Source: Bdellovibrionales bacterium (lineage in GTDB: Bacteria; Bdellovibrionota; Bdellovibrionia; Bdellovibrionales; JAMPXM01). From it: a stretch of 44,097 nucleotides of DNA. The position numbers and the translations under genes are program-made. The notes under the pieces were generated by a model. That model saw only the letters and a list, made by a program, of their open reading frames with translations. It was not told the origin of the DNA and ran no database searches. Numbering within the stretch: the first letter of the stretch is position 1; each line of letters starts with the position of its first letter. Of the stretch, positions 36,676 through 44,097 are shown piece by piece. The stretch spans positions 1 through 44,097 of the forward strand of contig JAYUEN010000211.1 in NCBI GenBank assembly GCA_043739185.1, in the 5' to 3' direction.

Positions 36676-39600
36676 ATGTCTCTATCTGAGATTTCAATTC
36701 GAAGACCAGTACTCGCTTGGATGTTGATGGCGGCACTCATCATTTTTGGTGGGGTTTCATTTTCAAAAATGGGAATCAGTCAACTTCCGGATGTTGATTT
36801 TCCGGTGGTAACGGTTAATCTTCGTCTTGAAGGAGCTGCACCAGAAGTAATTGAAACTGAAATTGTAGACTTTGTTGAAGACGCTGTTATGGGTATTGAA
36901 GGAGTGCGCACCGTTACTTCAAGGTCTGAAAACAGTGAGGGAACCATAACGATTGAATTTCAGTTGGGTCGAAGTGTTGATTTGGCTGTGCAAGACGTGC
37001 AGGCCAAACTCTCACAAATACAATCCAGGCTGCCCAGAGAAATCACCGCCACTACAATTTCTAAAACCAATCCGGAAGATCAACCGATTTTAATGCTCAC
37101 ATTAGAGAGTGATCAGTATCCGCTGCGCGAACTGATGTATTATGTAAATGATCATTTGAAAGATCAATTCGCAATGGTCTCAGGTGTGGGTGACATAACT
37201 TTGGGTGGCTATGTGGCACCCAACCTCCGCATTTGGGTTTCTGCAGATAAACTTAAAAAATTAGAATTATCAGTTACTGACATCATCAATACTATTCAAA
37301 ATGAACACTCCGAACAGCCAGCGGGGAAGCTTGAGAGCGAAAACAAAGAGCGGATGTTTTACGTACGCACCATGGGCGAAGCAAATAGTGTTGAGCAATT
37401 TTCTGATCTCATTATCAATCAAAGAGGAGGGCAGCCAAATTACCGAAAGATTCAGCTCAAGCAAGTGGCCAAAGTTGAAGACGGGGTGGCTGATATCTCA
37501 GGCTTTAGCCGAGCCATGGGCGTCCCTGGAGTTGCATTGGGAATTTTAAAGCAAAGAGGCGCCAATGCGGTTGCTGTCGGAAGAGGGGTGCGAGAAAAAA
37601 TTGCCATTATTCAAAAAGCCCTGCCCCAAGGTATGCGACTGGGAGTCAATTTCGACAGCACCCTCTATATTGAACAAGCGGTAAATGAATTGAACTTTAC
37701 TTTACTTTTGTCTGCGCTTTTGACCGCACTCGTGTGCTGGGCATTTTTAGGTTCGTGGTCTTCAACCGTAAATGTTATTGTTTCAATTCCGACATCTATA
37801 ATTGGAACTTTTATCGTGCTCCACTTTTCAGGATTCACACTCAATACTTTTACGCTATTGGGTTTGAGTCTTTCAATCGGAATTGTAGTTGATGATGCTA
37901 TCATGGTGCTAGAAAATATCATTCGACATCAAGAACAGGGTAAAGAAAAATTAGAAGCGGCACTACTCGGCGCAAAAGAAATTAGTTTTGCGGCGATTGC
38001 AGCGACCATTTCAATTGTTGCGATTTTTTTACCGGTGGTTTTCATGAAAGGTATTATCGGCAGATTTTTCTTTCAATTTGGCGTGACTATCACAGTTGCA
38101 GTTTTACTCTCTCTACTTGAGGCTCTTACCTTAACACCTATGCGCTGCTCTCAGTTCGTTGAAACCAAAGCTCGAACGACTCGCATTGGTCGAGGGATTG
38201 ATTTGAGCCTTGAGCTCTTCACTAATTCCTATGCCCGCAGTCTTTCTTTTATTTTAAATCATCGATTGAAAGTGATTGGCGTTGCCATTCTGGTATTCGG
38301 TCTAAGTTTAACAAGTTTAAATTTCTTAAATAAAGAATTTTTGCCGCCCGAAGATCAAGGGCGTTTTGTGATTCGCCTCAAAACAAAAATCGGCTCTGCG
38401 CTTCAGTTTTCAGATTCGAAATTCAAAGAAGTCGAGAAGTTTTTAGCAAATCGTCCCGAGGTTGATCGTTATGTATTGAGAGTCGGCGGAGGCTCACCAG
38501 GAGATGCCAATAGCGGCAGTGTTATGGTGACCCTTAAAGAGCGCGGCAAGCGCGGCTTCGATCTAGATACTCACAAAGAGTTGAGTCAGCAAAAATTTAT
38601 GGATGTTTGTAGAAAAGAACTTAAAAAAATCACTGGCCTGCGCGCCGTTATTCAAGACCTATCGATAAAAGCTTTCACCGCGACTCGAGGTTTTCCGGTT
38701 GAGTTTACCGTGCAAGGACCTGAATGGGGACAGTTGGCAGATTTAAGTAAAAAAATGATGGTGGCATTAGAGAATTCAGGTTTGATGAGCGATCTTGATT
38801 CGGATTACGATTCAAATATGCCAGAATATCATGTCGTGCCCGATCGCCAGAAGGCTTCAGCGCGAGGAGTGAGCATTTATAATATTGGGCAAACGGTGAA
38901 TGCCATGATTGGCGGAGTCCTCGTCGGGCGTTACCCAAAAGGCGGGCATCGTTATGATATTCGCCTCGAACTTGAGGACAATCACAAAGATCCGATATCT
39001 AAATTAAATGATTTGAATGTGCGAAATAATCGCGGAGAACTGATTCCGCTCATGCAGGTTGCAAGTGTTGAAGAGCAAACTTCGATGGTCGAAATTAATA
39101 GACGTGAAAGAGAGCGAGCCATCACCATCTATGCAAATGTAAAGACCGGAAAATCGCAGCAATTAGCTCTGCAGGAAGTTGAGCTAATTGCAAAAAAAAT
39201 ATTGCCTCCGCAATATCATATTGTCATGAGCGGAAGTTCTGAGACTTTTTCTGAAACCTTTAAGAGCTTAATCGCGGCTCTTATTCTCGGGCTGATCGTT
39301 TCCTATATGGTACTGGCTTCACAGTTCAATAGCTTTGTAGACCCCATTTCGGTTTTAGTGGCTTTGCCTTTTAGCGCGTCTGGCGCTTTTGTGGCCCTCT
39401 TGCTCGCACATCAATCTATTAATGTTTACAGCATGATTGGCTTGGTCCTGCTCATGGGAATCGTAAAAAAGAATTCTATTTTACTGGTAGATTTCACCAA
39501 TCAAATTAAAGCTCAGAGTCATATTAAAAGTATTCGCGAAGCACTTATTGAGGCTTGCCCGATTCGACTACGGCCCATTTTGATGACATCTGTTGCGAGT

Positions 39601-39783
39601 ATTGCGGGAGCTATTCCCGCAGCTCTTGCGCTCGGCCCAGGGGCAGAGAGTCGGGTGCCAATGGCAATTGCTGTTATCGGCGGAATTACAGTTTCAACTC
39701 TTCTGACCTTATACGTTGTGCCTTGTGTTTATAGTTTGCTTTCAAGTCAGCGACAATTGAGAGTTCCGACCAATTCACCCTGA
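36676..39783 (+). CDS. RND efflux permease (AcrB/AcrD/AcrF family)
   Basis: SIRRPV, VVDDAI, KNSILLVDF, RLRPILMT; 1035 aa. Confidence 0.96.
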   Translation: MSLSEISIRRPVLAWMLMAALIIFGGVSFSKMGISQLPDVDFPVVTVNLRLEGAAPEVIETEIVDFVEDAVMGIEGVRTVTSRSENSEGTITIEFQLGRSVDLAVQDVQAKLSQIQSRLPREITATTISKTNPEDQPILMLTLESDQYPLRELMYYVNDHLKDQFAMVSGVGDITLGGYVAPNLRIWVSADKLKKLELSVTDIINTIQNEHSEQPAGKLESENKERMFYVRTMGEANSVEQFSDLIINQRGGQPNYRKIQLKQVAKVEDGVADISGFSRAMGVPGVALGILKQRGANAVAVGRGVREKIAIIQKALPQGMRLGVNFDSTLYIEQAVNELNFTLLLSALLTALVCWAFLGSWSSTVNVIVSIPTSIIGTFIVLHFSGFTLNTFTLLGLSLSIGIVVDDAIMVLENIIRHQEQGKEKLEAALLGAKEISFAAIAATISIVAIFLPVVFMKGIIGRFFFQFGVTITVAVLLSLLEALTLTPMRCSQFVETKARTTRIGRGIDLSLELFTNSYARSLSFILNHRLKVIGVAILVFGLSLTSLNFLNKEFLPPEDQGRFVIRLKTKIGSALQFSDSKFKEVEKFLANRPEVDRYVLRVGGGSPGDANSGSVMVTLKERGKRGFDLDTHKELSQQKFMDVCRKELKKITGLRAVIQDLSIKAFTATRGFPVEFTVQGPEWGQLADLSKKMMVALENSGLMSDLDSDYDSNMPEYHVVPDRQKASARGVSIYNIGQTVNAMIGGVLVGRYPKGGHRYDIRLELEDNHKDPISKLNDLNVRNNRGELIPLMQVASVEEQTSMVEINRRERERAITIYANVKTGKSQQLALQEVELIAKKILPPQYHIVMSGSSETFSETFKSLIAALILGLIVSYMVLASQFNSFVDPISVLVALPFSASGAFVALLLAHQSINVYSMIGLVLLMGIVKKNSILLVDFTNQIKAQSHIKSIREALIEACPIRLRPILMTSVASIAGAIPAALALGPGAESRVPMAIAVIGGITVSTLLTLYVVPCVYSLLSSQRQLRVPTNSP

Positions 39784-40289
39784 TTGCTGTCTGAAAAAAT
39801 CTTAAGCATAGCTTGATTAGAAATCATTTCGAAAACCGCCTGCAATTCTGCACTTGAAACATTCCATCGGTAGCTCATGGTGCCGTATCCATAAAATTGA
39901 TTTTGCAATTTTCCCTGCAATGAAGTGGCAGAGTTTTTTGAATTCCTTGGCACGAAAATTTGAAATTCTGATTTACTAGCAGTTAGTATCGTATCCAAAT
40001 TTGAAAGAATTTCGTCGCCACTTTGAATTGAGGCCTTCGTCATTCGGTAACAACTGCCATGACTTAAAAATGCAAAGCGAGAGCGCTCCATTCCACATTC
40101 GACTACCTCAGCAATGTGAAGTGAAATAAAAGTCATTTGAGGAGGCAGTGCTCTCTCGGCTTTTGTCAGATAAGGATTCTTTGAGCTTAAAAGTAAGTTA
40201 CCCTGACAATTCATTGCAGGAAAGTTGGCTGCTGATAGATTTAAACTAAACAAACAAATGAGAGTGCAAAGGATATACAGGCTCTTCAT
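39747..40289 (-). CDS. Secreted hypothetical protein
   Basis: AAGGAG RBS before ATG 40289; signal ending LSA. Confidence 0.75.
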   Translation of the reverse strand: MKSLYILCTLICLFSLNLSAANFPAMNCQGNLLLSSKNPYLTKAERALPPQMTFISLHIAEVVECGMERSRFAFLSHGSCYRMTKASIQSGDEILSNLDTILTASKSEFQIFVPRNSKNSATSLQGKLQNQFYGYGTMSYRWNVSSAELQAVFEMISNQAMLKIFSDSNQGELVGTLNCR

Positions 40290-40332
40290 AAATCTCCTTG
40301 AATCGCAATCAATTGGCAATACGCTATTAATT

Positions 40333-40348
40333 AGCAATCGCAGGGCCA
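40333..40348 (-). promoter_or_regulatory. sigma54 promoter
   Basis: TGGC-N7-TTGCT (TGGCCCTGCGATTGCT), 43 nt before ATG 40289. Confidence 0.65.
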
Positions 40349-40458
40349 AAGCCAATTGGCTTGATGGGCGAGTTAATTGACATTGAATCCAAAGGCATTG
40401 TTTAAATTTCAAAGCATAGCAATTTTGCGCCCAGCTAGCGCACTGGACCACTGATGAA

Positions 40459-40523
40459 CCACTGATGGCTGATCACCGAAACGGGCAAACAGTTGACTGC
40501 CGCTGCTGCCGTTAAAACTGATT
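40459..40523 (+). repeat. Dispersed intergenic repeat, copy D (short)
   Basis: CCACTGATGGCTGATCACCGAAACGGGCAAACAGTTGACTGCCGCTGCTGCCGTTAAAACTGATT. Confidence 0.85.
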
Positions 40524-40694
40524 CCTTTAATCCATCAAAAAACAACTGCACCTGTGCCCAATGAAAGATCCCTAAAAGTACACTTTTCTAGACAGTTGAT
40601 CTAGTTTTAGACACTGTGGTGAATTTCCCCTAAGTATATGCCAACTCATAGGACCTAAGAATTGCAGTTATAGAGTATAGGGTGGGCTGCAAAA

Positions 40695-42002
40695 ATGTAT
40701 CATAATCAAACATTTAGATATTTTAGTTTATTGATCATAACAGGTCTACTCATGATCAATTTTCAGAACTGTCAGAGTTCTTACAGCTTTGATCCGAGTG
40801 TCACTCAAAACTCACTTTCTGATCCCGGCGGAGGGTCAACGTCAACAGGTCATACACTTAAAACCATGAAGCCAGCTCTTGCGGTTCGAGGAGTTGCTTG
40901 CCTGTTTTGTCATGCCGATGTTCGGGCCAATGTGATAACTGATTTTGGTTTTGGAGATCCTTTTTATCTCGGCAATGATATGGCCTTAGACGGTGTAGAT
41001 GGAAGTCCTCAGAGCTGGTACAACAATGATGCACATACATGGCAGTCGATGAAAAATCTAAATGGCACGGTCATAGTGCCCAATCAACTTATTCCTCAAC
41101 ATGTACAAGACTCAATGGGAGTGACAACTGCAAATGGTGCCCCTCCTATGAATATTGAAGGTATGTTACGAATGCCCTATCAAGCGACTTGGAATTGGGA
41201 CCTTCAGCAAGATGGCTCTTCGACCTTGTATGCTCAACAGGGCCAAGGCTCTATGCTTATGAAGGTGCAGCCGCAAGCAGGTCAGGCGCAAGTTGTCTCG
41301 GTCAAACACATACTAATTAGCTCTCCCAGTGAAGCCGATATCAATTCGATAGCGGGTGGTCTGGCAACGGATCTGGTGATACGTGTGGGTAATAGGGCTC
41401 CCGTGCAGTTTGTAAATGTAAACGGGACCAGCGGCACCTATATTGCCAACGATCCCACGCAAACACTTCAATGTTCAAATTCAGATATTGTAGTGAGGGG
41501 AACTTTGTATTTGCGAAAGTTAAAATTGAATGCCACTGGCGGTTGTCGCCTCTATGTCACAGGTTCAGTATTTATCGAGGGAAATATTTTTTATTCAGAT
41601 AGCGGAGCAACCCAGAATTTGCAAATTACCAGCGCAAACGCCATTATCATGGGCATCAATCATGATCACCTAGTACAAAGATGGAATGACCGCAGATTGG
41701 CCGCAATTTCAGACCCTCTTCGTAATTTTGATAGTCGCTTTCAGCAAATAATAGATGAATCAGTAAATATCGGAAGTTTAGCCGATGCCGCCGACGCAAG
41801 CCCTCGTACTTCAATTGATTATCATGGGCTTTTGTTAAATGCGCCAATTATTGAGGGTCGTTATTTGGGAAGTATTCGAGGAACCATCATTTCGCAACTT
41901 GCACTTTTTGCTCTTGAGAATTTTCATTTTGTTTACGACGAGGTTTTTAGCAATGTTGACGTATTTCCGCTACTTACGAAACCCATACTTCTGGTTGAAT
42001 AA
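40695..42002 (+). CDS. FQNC lipoprotein with one CxxCH; paralog of 17821..19308
   Basis: FQNC; KPALAVR..CLFCHA..TDFGFG; GCRLYVTGSVFI; LLLNAP. Confidence 0.82.
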   Translation: MYHNQTFRYFSLLIITGLLMINFQNCQSSYSFDPSVTQNSLSDPGGGSTSTGHTLKTMKPALAVRGVACLFCHADVRANVITDFGFGDPFYLGNDMALDGVDGSPQSWYNNDAHTWQSMKNLNGTVIVPNQLIPQHVQDSMGVTTANGAPPMNIEGMLRMPYQATWNWDLQQDGSSTLYAQQGQGSMLMKVQPQAGQAQVVSVKHILISSPSEADINSIAGGLATDLVIRVGNRAPVQFVNVNGTSGTYIANDPTQTLQCSNSDIVVRGTLYLRKLKLNATGGCRLYVTGSVFIEGNIFYSDSGATQNLQITSANAIIMGINHDHLVQRWNDRRLAAISDPLRNFDSRFQQIIDESVNIGSLADAADASPRTSIDYHGLLLNAPIIEGRYLGSIRGTIISQLALFALENFHFVYDEVFSNVDVFPLLTKPILLVE

Positions 42003-42013
42003 TTACACTCAAA

Positions 42014-42652
42014 TCAAATCATTGAAATATATTGTTTTTGGAGTTCGCTGAGCGGGGTACTCCAGTGTTGCTCCCAATTTATTGGGAAGAGGGGTTTTGA
42101 ATGCCTACCCATTATCCAACCTCGGGCAACGCTATCGACAATCTGTAAGGCTTCTTTGGGGTCACGTACCACAATGGCAAAGAGTCTCCCGCCGATGAGA
42201 AGGGGAGCAAGGGGGCTATGGGTTTGTGCCATCATAAAGGCCTGTAAGCCAAGTTCACCTGGGACTGAAGTATCAAAACCGGTCATCATATGCCAAAGGT
42301 CATGGGTTTGTCTGAGTCTCATCATTCCGAAAGTTACGCCATCTACGATTTCGATGTTCTTGTAAAATTCAGGATCTAAATTGTGTTTGAGCATATGGGC
42401 GGAATATATTTTTCCCAAAGTGCCTTCGGCTAATTGATTGAGTTCTTTTAGGTCAATACGACTCACAAGCTTTCGCGCCTCGATGACTTCGACTGAATCC
42501 TGATCTGAACGCAGTTTTTGCTCTTCGGCTTCGAGTAAACCCAAAGATCTTAAGCGCTCGGCAATCGCCAAAGCAGCGGCGGTATTTTTAGGATTGCTCG
42601 CAACTCGGAACAATCCTAAGTAAAGTCTCACAATATTTAAAACTCTCAGCAT
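42014..42652 (-). CDS. Coq4 family protein
   Basis: EGTLG, R.RQTHDLWH..TG....GELGLQAF. Confidence 0.88.
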   Translation of the reverse strand: MLRVLNIVRLYLGLFRVASNPKNTAAALAIAERLRSLGLLEAEEQKLRSDQDSVEVIEARKLVSRIDLKELNQLAEGTLGKIYSAHMLKHNLDPEFYKNIEIVDGVTFGMMRLRQTHDLWHMMTGFDTSVPGELGLQAFMMAQTHSPLAPLLIGGRLFAIVVRDPKEALQIVDSVARGWIMGRHSKPLFPINWEQHWSTPLSELQKQYISMI

Positions 42653-42653
42653 T

Positions 42654-44039
42654 CTACCTTGTCCACTTTTCTAAAAGAATCTGCAATGTAGCAGCGGCAT
42701 TCTGCAATGCCAATGTTTTATTCCGGCGTTTGTAAGAAAGATCATCTGCATGAGAAGAGCCGTCGATCATAAATGCGTAAATGTGATTGTTGCTCCAATT
42801 TCCGTTTTCGAGTGCGATTCCCAAGGGCATCCAAGGGTCAAGGCTACCATTGGTAAAATAGATTTCAGAAGCTAAGTGCCGATTTAGCATCGGCTCAAAA
42901 TAGCGCTCATTACTTTCTTCAACGCCTGAGTGAAAGCCTTTTCCGAAAAGGCGCTCGCAGCCTTTATTCATATAATCCATATTCAACCTTTGCGAGCGAA
43001 CTGAAATTTTGGGGTCATGATAGGCAGTTTGAAAGAGCCCGTACTCATTGCATTGTTGATAATAAAAACTTCGCAAATCACTGATCGGTCCGCCAGCGGT
43101 TGTGTCCGAAGCGACAGCAAAAGAATAAGAATTCGGAAGATATCCCAATGTACTTGCCATGGTACTTAAAAAATCCGCAAAATCCTGAAGAACGTCAGCG
43201 CTTTTAAACGAGCTGCATAAAACACTGGTCCGGCGATACTGAACGGCTGCCGCCGCAACATCGGCAATTGAAAATAAAAAATCATCTGGATCAGTCAAGC
43301 TATCGGCCGCGAAGAGTTTTCGTAAGCTTGCAAATTGCACGGGATCTTGTACGGCTTTTTCGGCGAGGCTTACCACTTGCCTAAGAGAATTTCCACACGC
43401 ATCGCCCATGTCCTTGCTCATTTGCAAATCGTAACTTTGATCATCGTCAATGACATGCATGGGAGCTGAAGAAGCCCATGCGCCTTTTACCAAATGTGGA
43501 TACTGCAATCGGAAGTCGGCAGCGAGCATGCCAGAATAAGAACCGCCGGCGACAACCCAAGGGCCTCGCATATTTTTTTCTTCTTTTAAAAAGCGCACGA
43601 CGTCGGCAAAGTCAGCTAGTGCTTGGGGCATCGAAAGCCAGCGAAGATTTTCACTGGTATTTTGTTTAAAGGGCTGGCTTGTACCGTAGTAACGATGTTC
43701 AATTACAACCACCGAAGCCTCAATTAATTGTGCCCATGGGAGCATAAAGTTGACGTCATCTGGGCTGCACGCAGTCTCGCCGCAAATATAAAACAAAACT
43801 GGGGAGTTTTCGTTTTTTGAAAAGCCAGGAGACACCCAATAATTTTCGTTAAAACTGCGATGATCAAAAAAATTAAAATGATCGAGCTTTTGTTTGAAGG
43901 TATAGGCCTGAATTGGGATGTCAGCAAATTCTTGGTAGGTTTCGCTTCGTAGTTTAACCTTATTGAGGCCATGAGCTTTTACAGAAGTAAAATTGAGTAA
44001 GACCGCACTCAAAAGCAAAGTTAGAAATAATTTATGCAT
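42654..44039 (-). CDS. Secreted S28 family serine peptidase
   Basis: QKLDHF, EHRYYG, QALAD, GGSYSG, NGSLDPW, SHADD; GGAG RBS. Confidence 0.92.
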   Translation of the reverse strand: MHKLFLTLLLSAVLLNFTSVKAHGLNKVKLRSETYQEFADIPIQAYTFKQKLDHFNFFDHRSFNENYWVSPGFSKNENSPVLFYICGETACSPDDVNFMLPWAQLIEASVVVIEHRYYGTSQPFKQNTSENLRWLSMPQALADFADVVRFLKEEKNMRGPWVVAGGSYSGMLAADFRLQYPHLVKGAWASSAPMHVIDDDQSYDLQMSKDMGDACGNSLRQVVSLAEKAVQDPVQFASLRKLFAADSLTDPDDFLFSIADVAAAAVQYRRTSVLCSSFKSADVLQDFADFLSTMASTLGYLPNSYSFAVASDTTAGGPISDLRSFYYQQCNEYGLFQTAYHDPKISVRSQRLNMDYMNKGCERLFGKGFHSGVEESNERYFEPMLNRHLASEIYFTNGSLDPWMPLGIALENGNWSNNHIYAFMIDGSSHADDLSYKRRNKTLALQNAAATLQILLEKWTR

Positions 44040-44097
44040 TGAAACTCCGTGATTAATTTTTGGTTTGAAAATCAATTAAGGCTAACAATTTTTCACA

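Overview
AT-rich bacterial DNA, most likely Bdellovibrionota. This is inferred from FQNC/AQNC-type lipoprotein signals, many small Cys-containing secreted orphans and several sigma54-type promoters. The left end is the right boundary of an integrative element: a tyrosine integrase, two tRNA-Pro 3'-end fragments (att-like), a 40-bp palindrome and an IS481-like end. Next is a stress/dormancy-type cluster at 1.9-6 kb: twin divergent promoters, a membrane-anchored Hsp20, a 13-codon uORF, three tandem HPF/RaiA-fold genes and two paralogous OB-fold-like genes. The rest is a patchwork: secreted hydrolases (C1 papain-like, M28, S28, SGNH, HExxH), a non-canonical class III cyclase, CxxCH lipoproteins, an osmoprotectant ABC transporter, an orphan RND permease and a LexA peptidase-only gene with tandem operator-like repeats. 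A GC-rich intergenic repeat occurs four times (19.6, 31.8, 36.3 and 40.5 kb). All family calls come from motif recognition by eye; no database searches were run.
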